Origin: the human T2T-CHM13v2.0 reference genome, Homo sapiens
Assembly: GCF_009914755.1 (NCBI RefSeq)
Contig: NC_060945.1
Strand: one strand, 5' to 3'
DNA length: 64,000 nt
This document shows, one piece after another, positions 16,101 to 30,780 of this stretch (position 1 is the first letter of the stretch; each line of letters begins with the position of its first letter). Position numbers and translations under genes: made by a program. The notes beneath the pieces were generated by a model that did not search any database, was not told where the DNA came from, and saw only the letters and a program-made list of their open reading frames with translations.

Positions 16101-17458
16101 ATGGAGTGGAATGGAATGTAATGGAATGGAATGGAATGGAATGGAATCAACACGAATGGAATGGAATGGAATGGAATGGGATGGGATGGAATGGAATGGA
16201 ATGGATGTTAATCAACACGAATGGAATGGAACGGAATGGAATGGAATGGAATGGAATGGAATGAACCCGAATGGAATGGAATGGATTGGAATGGAATGGA
16301 ATGGAATCAACACGAGCGGAAAGGAATGGAATGGAATGGAGTGGAATGGAAAGTAATGGAATGGAATGGAATGGAATGGAATCAACACGAATGGAATGGA
16401 ACGGAATGGAATGGGATGGGATGGAATGGAATGGAATGGAAGTTAATCAACACGAATGGAATGGAACGGAATGGAAAGGAATGGTATGGAATGAAACCCA
16501 ATGGAATGGAATGGATTGGAATGGAATGGAATGGAATCAACCCGAGCGGAAAGGAATGGAATCAAATGGAGTGGAATGGAAAGTAATGTAACGGAATGAA
16601 ATGGAATGGAATCAACATGAATGGAATGGAACGGAATGGAATTTGATGGGATGGAATGGAATGGAATGAACCCGAATGGAATGGAATGGATTGGAATGGA
16701 ATGGAATGGAATCAACCCGAGCGGAAAGGAATTGAATGGAACGGAGTGGAATGGAATATAATGGAATGGAATGGAAAGGAATGGAATCAACAAGAATGGA
16801 ATGGAACGTAATGGAATGGGATGGGATGGAATGGAATGGAATGGAAGTTAATCAACACGAATGGAATGGAACGGAATGGAATGGAATGGAATGGAATGAA
16901 CCCGAATGGGATGGAATGGATTGGAATGGAATGGAATGGAATCAACCCGAGAGGAAAGGATTGGAATGGAATGGAGTGGAATGGAATGTAATGGAATGGA
17001 ATGGAATAGAATGGTATCAAAACGAATGGAATGGAACAGAATGGAATGGTATGGGATGGAATGGAATGGAATGGAAGTTAATCAACACGAATGGAATGGA
17101 ACAGAATGGAATGGAATGGAATGGAATGGAATGGAATGAAATGGAAAGGAACGGAATGGAATCAACACGAGTGGAATGGAGTGGAATGGAATGGAATCAA
17201 CCCGAGTGGAATGAAATGGAATGTAGTGCAATGGGATGGAGTGGAATCAACCCGAGTGGAATGGAATGTAATGGAAGTTAATCAACACGAATTGAATGGA
17301 ACGGAATAGAATGGAATGGAATGGAATGGAAGGGAATGGAATGGAATGGAATGGAATGGAATGGAATGGAGTGGAATGGAACGGAATGGAGTGGAATGGA
17401 ACGGAATGGAGTGGAATGGAATAAACACCAGGGAAATGAAATGGATTGGAATGAAATG
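4127..17458 (+). repeat. Near-identical 6,654-bp tandem duplication within HSat3 (copy 1 4127-10780, copy 2 10781-17434, plus 24-bp overlap)
   Basis: The ORF track repeats at a constant 6,654 offset (4160/10814, 7754/14408, 10437/17091). Identity breaks at G4126 vs A10780 and at T10805 vs G17459. I noticed one internal difference, G8781 vs A15435. Confidence 0.95.
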
Positions 17459-19096
17459 GAATGGAATGGAATAAATCCGGGTGGAGTGGAATGGAATGAA
17501 ATGAAGTGGAATGCAATGGAATTTATTGGAATGGAATGGAACGGAACGGAATGGGATGGGATGGAAAGGAATGGAATGGAACTTAATCAACACGAATGGA
17601 AAGTAATGAAATGGACTGAACCCGAATGGAATGGAATGGATTGGAATGCAATGGAATGGAATCAACCGGAATGGGATGGCATGGAATGGAATTGAGTGGA
17701 ATGGAATGGAATGGAATGGAATGGAATCAAACCAAGTGCAAAGGAATGGAATGGAATGCAATGGAATCCACCCGAGTGGAATGGAATGGAATGGAATAAA
17801 ATGGAATGGAATGGAATGGAATGGAATGGAATGGAATGGAATGGAGTGTAATGGAACGGAATGGAATGGAATGGAACGGAAAGGAATGGAATGAACCCAA
17901 ATGGAATGGAATGGAATTAACCCGAATGGAATGGAATGGATTGGAATGGAATGGAATGGAATCAACCTGAGCGGAAAGGAATGGAATGGAATGGAGTGGA
18001 ATGTAATGTAATGGAATGGAATGGAAGGAATGGAATCAACACGAATGGAATGGAACGGAATGGAATGGGATGAGATGGAATGGAATGGAATGGAAGTTAA
18101 TCAACACGAATGGAATGGAACGGAATGGGATGGAATGGAATGGAATGGAATGGAATGGAAAGGAATGGAATGGAATGGAATGAAATGGAAAGGAACGGAA
18201 TGGAATCAACACGAGTGGAATGGAATGGAACGGAATGGAATCAACCCGAGTGGAATTAAATGGAATGTAATGCAATGGGATGGAGGGGAATCAACCCGAG
18301 TGGAATGGAATGGAATGGAATGGAATGGAATGGAATGGAATGGAATGGAATGAAATGAAATGGAATGGATCAGAATGGAATCCAAGGGAATCAACTGGAA
18401 TGGAATGGAATGGAATGGAATGGAATAAATCCGGTGGGAGTGGAATGGAATGTAATGAAGTGGAATGTAATGGAATTTTGTGGAATGGAATGGAATGGAA
18501 TGCAATGGAATGGAATGAAATGGATTGGATCGGAATGGAATCCATTGGAATCAATTGGAATGGAATGGAAAGGAATGGAATGGAATGGAGTGGAATGGAA
18601 TGGAACGGAATGGAATGGAATGGAATGGAATGGAATGGAATAAATCCGGGTGGAGTGGAATGGAATGAAATGGAGTGGAATGGAATGGAATTTGGTGGAA
18701 TGGAATGGAATGGAATAGAATGGAATGGAATGGAATTGAATCAACCCGAATGGAATGGAACGGAATGGAATGGAAAGGAATGTTATGGAATGGAATGGAA
18801 TCAACACGAATAGGATGGCATTGAATTGAATGGAAAGGAATTTAATCGAATGGAATGGAATGGAATGGAATGGAATGGAATGGAATCAACCCAAGTGCAA
18901 TGGAATGGAATGGAATGCAATGGAATCCAACCGAGTGGAAATGAATGGAATGGAATGGAATGGAATGGAATGGAATAGAGTGGAATCGAACGGAATGGAG
19001 TGGAATGCAATAAACACCAGGGGAATGAAATGGATTGGAATGAAATGTAATGTAATGTAATGGAATGGAATGGAATGGAATGGAATTGAATGGAAT

Positions 19097-20950
19097 GAAA
19101 TCAACCCGAGTGGAATGGAACGGAATGGAATGGAATGGAAAGGAATGAATGGAATGGAATGGGGTGGAAACAACACGAGAGGAATGGAATGTAATGGAAT
19201 GGAAAGGAACGGAATGGAAAGGAATGGAATGGAATGAACCCGAATGGAATGGAATGGATTGGAATGGAATGGAATGGAATCAACCCTAGCGGAAAGGAAT
19301 GGAATGGAATGGAGTGGAATGGAATGTAATGGAATGGAATGGAATGGAATGGAGTGGAATGTAATGTAACGGAATGCAATGGAATGGAATGGAATCAACA
19401 CGAATGGAATGGAACGGCATGGAATGGGATGGGATGGAATGGAATGGAATGGAATTTAATCAACACGAATGGAATGGAAAGGAATGGAATGGAATGGCAT
19501 GGAATGGAATGGAATGGAATGGAATGGAGTAGAATGAAATAGAAAGGAAAGGAATGGAATCAACACGAGTGGAATGGAATGGAACGGAATGGAATCAACC
19601 CGAGTGGAATGAAATGGAATGTAATGCAATGGGATGGAGTGGAATCAACCCGAGTGGAATGGAATGGAATGGAATGGAATGGAATGGAATGGAATAAATC
19701 TGGGTGGAGTGGAATGGAATGTAATGGAGTGGAACGTAATGGAATTTAGTGGAATGGGATGGAATGGAATCAACACGAATGGAATGGAACGGAATGGAAT
19801 GAGATGGGATGGAGTGGAATGGAATGGAATTTAATCAACACGAATTGAATGGAACGGAATGTAATGTAATGGAATGGAATGGAATGGAATGAAATGGAAT
19901 GGAATGGAATGGAATGGAATGGAATGAAATCAACCCGAGTGGAATGGAACGGAATGGAATGGAATGGAAAGGAATGAATGGAATGGAATGGTGTGGAATC
20001 AACATGAGAGGAATGGAATGGAATGGAATGGAACGGAACGGAATGGAAAGGAATGGAATGGAATGAACCCGAATGGAATGGAATGGATTGGAATGGAATG
20101 GAATGGAATCAACCCTAGCGGAAAGGAATGGAATGGAATGGAGTGGAATGGAATGTAATGGAATGGAATGGAATGGAATGGAGTGGAATGGAATGTAACG
20201 GAATGCAATGGAATGGAATGGAATCAACACGAATGGAATGAAACGGCATGGAATGGGATGGGATGGAATGGAATGGAATGGAATTTAATCAACACGAATG
20301 GAATGGAAAGGAATGGAATGGAATGGCATGGAATGGAATGGAATGGAATGGAATGGAGTAGAATGAAATAGAAAGGAAAGGAATGGAATCAACACGAGTG
20401 GAATGGAATGGAACGGAATGGAATCAACCCGAGTGGAATGAAATGGAATGTAATGCAATGGGATGGAGTGGAATCAACCCGAGTGGAATGGAATGGAATG
20501 GAATGGAATGGAATGGAATGAAATGGAATAAATCTGGGTGGAGTGGAATGGAATGTAATGGAGTGGAACGTAATGGAATTTAGTGGAATGGGATGGAATG
20601 GAATCAACACGAATGGAATGGAACGGAATGGAATGAGATGGGATGGAGTGGAATGGAATGGAATTTAATCAACACGAATTGAATGGAACGGAATGTAATG
20701 GAATGGAATGGAATGGAATGGAATGAAATGGAATGGAATGGAATGGAATGGAATGGAATGAAATCAACCCGAGTGGAATGGAACGGAATGGAATGGAATG
20801 GAAAGGAATGAATGGAATGGAATGGTGTGGAATCAACATGAGAGGAATGGAATGGAATGGAATGGAACGGAACGGAATGGAAAGGAATGGAATGGAATGA
20901 ACGTGAATGGAATGGAATGGATTGGAATGGAATGGAATGGAATCAACCCG
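19097..20950 (+). repeat. ~830-bp tandem duplication (2 copies plus partial third) within HSat3
   Basis: Shared rare variants: CAACCCTAGC at 19281/20110, AAATCTGGGT at 19696/20530, AACGGCATGG at ~19413/20242. Offsets are 829-834. Confidence 0.85.
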
Positions 20951-23900
20951 AGCGGAAAGGAATGGAATGGAATGGAGTGGAATGGAATGGAATGGAATGG
21001 AATGGAGTGGAATGGAATGGAATGGAATGGAATGGAATGGAATGCAATGGAATCAACACGAATGGAATGGAACGGAACGGAATGGGATGGGATGGAATGG
21101 AATGGAATGGAACTTAATCAACACGAATGGAAAGTAATGGAATGGAATGCACCCGAATGGAATGGAATGAACCCGAATGGAATGGAATGGATTGGAATGC
21201 AATGGAATGGAATCAACCTGAGAGGAAAGGAATGGAATGGAATGGAGTGGAATGGAATGGAATGAACCCGAATTGAATGGAATGGATTGGAATGGAATGG
21301 AATGGAAACAACCCGAGCTTAAAGGAATGGAATGGAATGGAGTGGAATGGAAAGTAATGGAATGGAATGGAATGGAATGGAATCAACACTAATGGAATGG
21401 AACGGAATGGAATGGGATGGGATGGAATGGAATGGAATGGAAGTTAATCAACACGAATGGAATGGAACAGAATGGAATGGAATGGAATGGAATGGAATGA
21501 AATGGAATGGAATGGAATGAAATGAAAGGGAAAGGAACGGAATGGAATCAACACGAGTGGAATGCAATGGAACGGAATGGAATCAACCCGAGTGGAATGA
21601 AATGGAATGTAATGCAAAGGGATGGAGGGGAATCAACACGAGTGGAATGGAATGGAATGGAATGCAATGGAATGGAATGGAATGGAATGGAATGAAATGG
21701 ATTGGATTGGAATGGAATACAATGGAATCAACTGGAATGGAATGAAATGCAATGCAATGGAAGGGAATGGAATGGAATGGAATAAATCCGGTTGGAGTGG
21801 AATGCAATGTAATGGAGTGGAATGGAATGGAATTTAGTGGAATGGAATGGAATGGAATGGAATGGAATGGAATGGACCCGAATGGAATGGAATGGATTGG
21901 AATGGAATGGAATGGAATCAACCCGCGCGGAAAGGAATTGAATGGAATGGAGTGGAATGGAATATAATGGAATGGAATGGAAAGGAATGGAATCAACACG
22001 AATGGAATGGAACGGAATGGAATGAGTTGGGATGGAATGGAATGGAATGGAAGTTAATCAACAGGAATGGAATGCAACGGAATGGAATGGAATGGAATGG
22101 AATGAACCCGAATGGAATTGAATGGATTGGAATGCAATGGAATGGAATCAACCCGAGCGGAAAGGATTCGAATGGAATGGAGTGGAATGTAATGTAATGT
22201 AATGGAATGGAATGGAATCAACACGAATGGAATGGAACGGAATGGAATGGTATGGGATGGAATGGAATGGAATGGAAGTTAATCAACACGAATGGAGTGG
22301 AATGGAATGGAATGGAATGGAATGGAATGGAATGGAATGGAATGAAATGGAAAGGAACGGAATGGAATCAACACGAGTGGAATGGAATGGAACGGAATGG
22401 AATCAACCCGAGTGGAATGAAATGGAATGTAGTGCAATGGGATGGAGTGGAATCAACCCGAGTGGAATGGAATGGAATGGAATGGAATGGAATGGAATGG
22501 AATGGAATGGAATGGAATGAAATGGATTGGATCGGAATGGAATCCAATCGAATTAACTGGAATGGAATGGAATGGAATGGAATGGAATAAATCCGGGTGG
22601 AGTGGAATGGAATGTAATGGAGTGGAATGGAATGGAATTTTGTGGGATGGAATGGAATGGAATGGAATGCAATGGAATGGAATCAACCGGAATGGGATGG
22701 CATGGAATGGAATTGAGTGGAATGGAATGGAATGGAATGGAATGGAATGGAATCAAACCAAGTGCGATGGAATGGAATGGAATGCAGTGGAATCCACCTG
22801 AGTGGAATGGAATGGAATGGAATGGAATGGAATGGAGTGGAATGGAACGGAATGGAATGGAATGGAACGGAATAGAATGGAACAAACCCAAATGGAATGG
22901 AATGGAATTAACCCGAATGGAATGGAATGGATTGGAATGGAATGGAATGGAATCAACCTGAGCGGAAAGGAATGGAATGGAATGGAGTGGAATGTAATGG
23001 AATGGAATGGAATGGAATGGAATCAACCCGAATGGAATGGAACGGAATGGAATGGAAAGGAATGGAATGGAATGGAATGAAATGGAATGGAATGGAGTGG
23101 AATCTAACGGAATGGAGTGGAATGCAATAAACACCAGGGGAATGAAATGGATTGGAATGAAATGGAATGGAATGGAATGGAATGGAATGGAATGAAAGCA
23201 ACCCGAGTGGAATTGAACGGAATGGAATGGAATGGAAAGAAAAGAATGGAAAGGAATGGGGTGGAATCAACATGAGAGGAATGGAATGCAGTGGAATGGA
23301 ATGTGATGTAATGGAAAGGAATGGAATGGAATCAACACGAATGGAATGGAACGGAATGGAATGGGATGGGATGGAATTTAATAGAATGGAAGTTAATCAA
23401 CACGAATGGAATGGAACGGAATGGAATGGAATGGAATGGAATGGAATGGAATGGAATGGAAAGGAATGAAATGGAAAGGAACGGAATGGAATCAACACAG
23501 GTGGAATGTAATGGAACGGAATGGAATCAACCCGAGTGGGATGAAATGGAATGTAATGCAATGGGATGGAGGGGAATCAACCCGAGTGGAATGGAATGGA
23601 ATGGAATGGAATGGAATGGAATGGAATGAAATAGAATGGATCCGAAAGGAATACATTGGAATCAACTGGAATGGAATGGAATGGAATGGAATGGAATGGA
23701 ATGGAATGGAATGGAATGGAATGGAATAAATCCGGGTGGAGTGGATTGGAATGTAATGGAGAGCAATGTAATGGAATTTTGTGGAATGGAATGGAATGGA
23801 ATGGAATGGAATGGAATGAAATGGATTGGATCGGGATGGAATCCAATGGAAAAAACTGGAATGGAATGGAATGGAAGGGAATGGAATGGAATGGAATAAA

Positions 23901-26900
23901 TCCGGGTGGAGTGGAATGGAATGGAATGGAGTGGAATATAATGGAATTTTGTGGAATGGAATGGAATGGAATGGAATGGAATGGAATGGAATGAAATGGA
24001 TTGGATCGGAATGGAATCCAATGGAATCAACAGGAATGGAATAGAATGGAATGGAATTCAATGGAATGGAATGGAATAAATCCGGGTGGAGTGGAATGGA
24101 ATGAAATGGAGTGGAATGGAATGGAATTTAGTGGAATGGAATGGAATGGAATGGAATGGAATGGAATGGAATGGAATCAACCCGAATGGAATGGAACGCA
24201 ATGGAATGGAAAGGAATGGAATGGAATGGAATGGAATGGAATGGAATGGAATGGAATGGAATCAACACAAATGGGTTGGCATGGAATTGAATGGAATGGA
24301 ATGGAATGGAATGGAATGGAATGGAATGGAATGGAATGGAATGGAGTGGAATGGAATGAAATGGAGTGGAATGCAATAAACACCAGGGGAATGAAATGCA
24401 TTGGAATGAAATGGAATGGAATGGAATGGAATGGAATGGAATGGAATGGAATGGAATAAATCCGGGTGGAGTGGAATGGAATGTAATGGAGTGGAATGTA
24501 ATGGAATTTAGTGGAATGGGATGGAATGGAATCAACACGAATGGAATGGAACGGAATGGAATGAGATGGGATGGAATGGAATGGAATGGAAGTTAATCAA
24601 CACGAATTGAATGGAACGGAATGCAATGGAATGGAATGGAATGGAATGGAATGGAATGGAATGGAATGGAATGGAATGAAATCAACCCGAGTGGAATGGA
24701 ACGGAATGGAATGGAATGGAAAGGAATGAATGGAATGGAATGGTGTGGAATCAACATGAGAGGAATGGAATGGAATGGAATGGAATGGAACGGAACGGAA
24801 TGGAAAGGAATGGAATGGAATGAACGTGAATGGAATGGAATGGATTGGAATGGAAAGGAATGGAATCAACCCGAGTGGAAAGGAATGGAATGGAATGGAG
24901 TGGAATGGAATGGAATGGAATGGAATGGAGTGGAATGGAATGGAATGGAATGGAATGGAATGGAATGGAATGGAATCAACACGAATGGAATGGAACGGAA
25001 CGGAATGGGATGGGATGGAATGGAATGGAATGGAACTTAATCAACACGAATGGAAAGTAATGGAATGCAATGCACCCGAATGGAATGGAATGAACCCGAA
25101 TGGAATGGAATGGATTGGAATGCAATGGAATGGAATCAACCTGAGAGGAAAGGAATGGAATGGAATGGAGTGGAATGGAATGGAATGAACCCGAATTGAA
25201 TGGAATGGATTGGAATGGAATGGAATGGAATCAACCCGAGCTTAAAGGAATGGAACGGAATGGAGTGGAATGGAATGTAACGGAATGGAATGGAATGGAA
25301 TGGAATCAACACTAATGGAATGGAACGGAATGGAATGGGATGGGATGGAATGGAATGGAATGGAAGTTAATCAACACGAATGGAATGGAACAGAATGGAA
25401 TGGAATGGAATGGAATGGAATGAAATGGAATGGAATGGAATGAAATGAAAGGGAAAGGAACGGAATGGAATCAACACGAGTGGAATGCAATGGAAGGGAA
25501 TGGAATCAACCAGAGTGGAATGAAATGGAATGTAATGCAAAGGGATGTAGGGGAATCAACACGAGTGGAATGGAATGGAATGGAATGCAATGGAATGGAA
25601 TGGAATGGAATGGAATGAAATGGATTGGATTGGAATGGAATACAATGGAATCAACTGGAATGGAATGAAATGCAATGCAATGGAAGGGAATGGAATGGAA
25701 TGGAATAAATCCGGTTGGAGTGGAATGCAATGTAATGGAGTGGAATGGAATGGAATTTAGTGGAATGGAATGGAATGGAATGGAATGGATTGGAATGGAA
25801 TGGACCCGAATGGAATGGAATGGATTGGAATGGAATGGAATGGAATCAACCCGAGCGGAAAGGAATTGAATGGAATGGAGTGGAAAGGAATATAATGGAA
25901 TGGAATGGAAAGGAATGGAATCAACACGAATGGAATGGAACGGAATGGAATGAGATGGGATGGAATGGAATGGAATGGAAGTTAATCAACAGGAATGGAA
26001 TGCAACGGAATGGAATGGAATGGAATGGAATGAACCCGAATGGAATTGAATGGATTGGAATGCAATGGAATGCAATCAACCCGAGCGGAAAGGATTCGAA
26101 TGGAATGGAGTGGAATGTAATGTAATGTAATGGAATGGAATGGAATGGAATCAACACGAATGGAATGGAACGGAATGGAATGGTATGGGATGGAATGGAA
26201 TGGAATGGAAGTTAATCAACACGAATGGAGTGGAATGGAATGGAATGGAATGGAATGGAATGGAATGAAATGGAAAGGAACGGAATGGAATCAACACGAG
26301 TGGAATGGAATGGAACGGAATGGAATCAACCCGAGTGGAATAAAATGGAATGTAGTGCAATGGGATGGAGTGGAATCAACCCGAGTGGAATGGAATGGAA
26401 TGGAATGGAATGGAATGGAAAGGAATGGAATGAAATGGATTGGATCAGAATGGAATCCAATCGAATTAACTGGAATGGAATGGAATGGAATGGAATGGAA
26501 TAAATCCGGGTGGAGTGGAATGGAATGTAATGGAGTGGAATGGAATGGAATTTTGTGGGATGGAATGGAATGGAATGGAATGCAATGGAATGGAATCAAC
26601 CGGAATGGGATGGCATGGAATGGAATTGAGTGGAATGGAATGGAATGGAATGGAATGGAATCAAACCAAGTGCAATGGAATGGAATGGAATGGAATGGAA
26701 TCCACCTGAGTGTAATGGAATGGAATGGAATGGAATGGAATGGAGTGGAATGGAACGGAATGGAATGGAATGGAACGGAATAGAATGGAACGAACCCGAA
26801 TGGAATGGAATGGAATTAACCCGAATGTAATGGAATGGATTGGAATGGAATGCAATGGAATCAACCTGAGCGGAAAGGAATGGAATGGAATGGAGTGGAA

Positions 26901-27060
26901 TGTAATGTAATGGAATGGAATGGAATGGAATCAACCCGAATGGAATGCAACGGAATGGAATGGAAAGGAATGGAATGGAATGGAATGAAATGGAATGGAA
27001 TGGAGTGGAATCTAACGGAATGGAGTGGAATGCAATAAACAACAGGGGAATGAAATGGAT
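20520..27060 (+). repeat. ~3.9-kb-period duplication within HSat3 (~20520-23150 repeated at ~24450-27060)
   Basis: GAACGTGAAT at 20899/24822 and GAGCTTAAAGG at 21315/25238 (offset 3923); GGAATCTAACGG at ~23099/27007. ORF offsets are 3908-3923. Confidence 0.85.
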
Positions 27061-28619
27061 TGGAATGGAATGGAATGGAATGGAATGGAATGAACCCGAA
27101 TGGAATGGAATGGATTGGAATGGAATGGAATGGAATCAACCTGAGCGGAGAGGATTGGAATGGAATGGAGTGGAATGGAATGTAGTGGAATGGAATGTAA
27201 CGGAATGGAATCAACACGAATGGAATGGAACGGAATGGAATGGAATGGAATGGAATGGAATGGAATGGAATGGAAGTTAATCAACACGATTAGAATGGAA
27301 TGGAATGGAATGGAATGGAATGGAATGGAATGGAATGGAGTGGAATAGAACGGAATGGAGTGGAATGCAATAAACACCAGGGGAATGAAATGCATTGGAA
27401 TGAAATGGAATGGAATGGAATGGAATGGAATGGAATGGAATGGAATGAAATCAACCCGAGTGGAATGAAATGGAATGTAGTGCAATGGGATGGAGGGGAA
27501 TCAACCCGAGTGGAGTTGAATGGAATGGAATGGAATGGAATGGAATGAAATGGAATGGATCGGAATGGAACCCAATGGAATCAACTGGAATGGAATGGAA
27601 TGGAATGGAATGGAATGGAATGGAATGGAATGGAAAGGAATGGAATGGAATCAACCAGAATGGGATGGCATGGAATGGAATTGAGTTGAATGGAATGGAA
27701 TGGAATGGAATGGAATCAAAACAAGTGCAATGGAATGGATTGGAATGCAATGGAATCCACCCGAGTGGAATGGAATGGAATGGAATGGAATGGAATGGAA
27801 TGGAATGGAGTGGAATGGAACGGAATGGAGTGGAATGGAACGGAATGGAGTGGAATGGAATAAACACCAGGGGAATGAAATGGATTGGAATGGAATGGAA
27901 TGGAATGGAATGGAATGGAATGAAATCAACCCGAGTGGAATGGAACGGAATGGAATGGAAGGGAAAGGAATGAATGGAATGGTATGGTGTGGAATCAACA
28001 CGAGAGGAATGGAATGGAATGGAATGGAACGGAACGGAATGGAAAGGAATGGAATGGAATGAAAGCAAATGGAATGGAATGGATTGGAATGGAATGGAAT
28101 GGAATCAACCCGAGCGGAAAGGAATGGAATGGAATGGAGTGGAATGGAATGGAATGGAATGGAATGGAATGGAATGGAATGGAATGGAATCAACAAGAAT
28201 GGAATGGAACGGAACGGAATGGGATGGGATGGAATGGAATGGAATGGAACTTAATCAACACGAATGGAAAGTAATGAAATGGAATGAACCCGAATTGAAT
28301 GGAATGGATTGGAATGCAATGGAATGGAATCAACCTCAGAGGAAAGGAATGGAATGGAATGGAGTGGAATGGAATGGAATGGAATGGAATGGAATGGAAT
28401 CAACACGAATGGAATGGAATGGAATGGAATGGAATGGGATGGAATAGAATGGAATGGAAGTTAATCAAAACGAATGGAATGGAACGGAATGGAATGGAAT
28501 GGAATGGAATGAACCCGAATTGAATAGAATGGATTGGAATGGAATGGAATGGAATCAACCCGAGAGGAAAGGAATGGAATGGAATGGAGTGGAATGGAAT
28601 GTAATGGAATGGAATGGAA

Positions 28620-30780
28620 TCAACATGAATGGAATGGAACGGAATGGAATGGGATGGGATGGAATGGAATGGAATGGAAGTTAATCAACACGAATGGAAT
28701 GGAACAGAATGGAATGGAATGGAATAGAATGAAATGAAAGGGAAAGGAACGGAATGGAATCAACACGAGTGGAATGGAATGGAAAAGAATGGAATCAACC
28801 CGAGTGGAATGAAATGGAATGTAATGCAATGGGATGGAGGGGAATCAACACGAGTGGAATGGAATGGAACGGAATGGAATGGATTGGAATGGAATGGAAT
28901 GAAATGGAATGGATCGGAATGGAATCCAATGGAATCAACTGGAATGGAATGGAATGGAATGGAATGGAATGGAATGGAATGGAATGGAATAAATCCGGGT
29001 GTAGTGGAATGGAATGGAATGGAGTGGAATGTAATGGAATTTTGTGGAATGGAATGGAATGGAATGGAATGGAATGGAATGGAATGGAATGGAATGGAAT
29101 CCAGTGGAATCAACTGGAATGGAATGGAATGGAAGGGAATGGAATGGAATGGAATAAATCCGGGTGGAGTGGAATGGAAAGTAATGGAGTGGAATGTAAT
29201 GGAGTTTAGTGGAATGGAATGGAATGGAATGGAATGGAATGGAATGGAATGAAATGGATTGGAAAGGAAAGGAATCCAATGGAATCAACTGGAATGGAAT
29301 GGAATGGAATGGAATGGAATGGAATAAATACGGGTGGAGTGGAATGGAATGGAATGGAGTGGAGTGGAATGGAATGGAATGGAGTGGAATGGAATGGAAT
29401 TTAGTTTGATGGAATGGAATGGAATGGAATGCAATGGAATGGAATGGAATGGAATGGAATCAACCGGAATGGGATGGCATGGAATGGAATTGAGTGGAAT
29501 GGAATGGAATGGAATGGAAAGGAATCAAACCCAGTGCAATGAAATGGAATGGAATGGAATGGAATGAAATGGAATGGAATGGAATGGAATGGAATGGAAT
29601 GGAATGGAATGGAATGGAATGAAATGGAATGGAATGGAATGGAATGGAATGAAATGGAATGGAATGGAATGGAATGGAATGGAATGGAATGGAATCAACC
29701 CGAATGGAATGGAACGGAAAGGAATGGAAAGGAATGGAATGGAATGGAATGGAATGGAATGGAATGGAATGGAATCAACATGAATGGAATGGAACGGAAC
29801 GGAATGGGATGGGATGGAATGGAATGGAATGGAAGTTAATCAACACGAATGGAATGGAACAGAATGGAATGGAATGGGATGGGGTGGAATGGAATGGAAT
29901 GGAAGTTAATCAACACGAATGGAATGGAACAGAATGGAATGGAATGGAATAGAATGAAATGAAAGGGAAAGGAACGGAATGGAATCAACACGAGTGGAAT
30001 GGAATGGAAAAGAATGGAATCAACCCGAGTGGAATGAAATGGAATGTAATGCAATGGGATGGAGGGGAATCAACACGAGTGGAATGGAATGGAATGGAAT
30101 GGAATGGATTGGAATGGAATGGAATGAAATGGAATGGATCGGAATGGAATCCAATGGAATCAACTGGAATGGAATGGAATGGAATGGAATGGAATGGAAT
30201 GGAATGGAATGGAATGGAATGGAATGGAATAAATCCGGGTGGAGTGGAATGGAATGGAATGGAGTGGAATGTAATGGAATTTTGTGGAATGGAATGGAAT
30301 GGAATGGAATGGAATGGAATGAAATGGATTGGATCGGGATGGAATCCAGTGGAATCAACTGGAATGGAATGGAATGGAAGGGAATGGAATGGAATGGAAT
30401 AAATCCGGGTGGAGTGGAATGGAAAGTAATGGAGTGGAATGTAATGGAGTTTAGTGGAATGGAATGGAATGGAATGGAATGGAATGGAATGGAATGGAAT
30501 GGAATGGAATGAAATGGATTGGATAGGAAAGGAATCCAATGGAATCAACTGGAATGGAATGGAATGGAATGGAATGGAATGGAATAAATACGGGTGGAGT
30601 GGAATGGAATGGAATGGAGTGGAATGGAATGGAATTTAGTTTGATGGAATGGAATGGAATGGAATGCAATGGAATGGAATGGAATGGAATGGAATCAACC
30701 GGAATGGGATGGCATGGAATGGAATTGAGTGGAATGGAATGGAATGGAATGGAAAGGAATCAAACCAAGTGCAATGAAAT
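28620..30780 (+). repeat. ~1.23-kb-period duplication within HSat3
   Basis: GGAAAAGAAT at 28781/30006, GGAGTTTAGT at 29201/30446, TTAGTTTGAT at 29401/30636. Confidence 0.85.
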
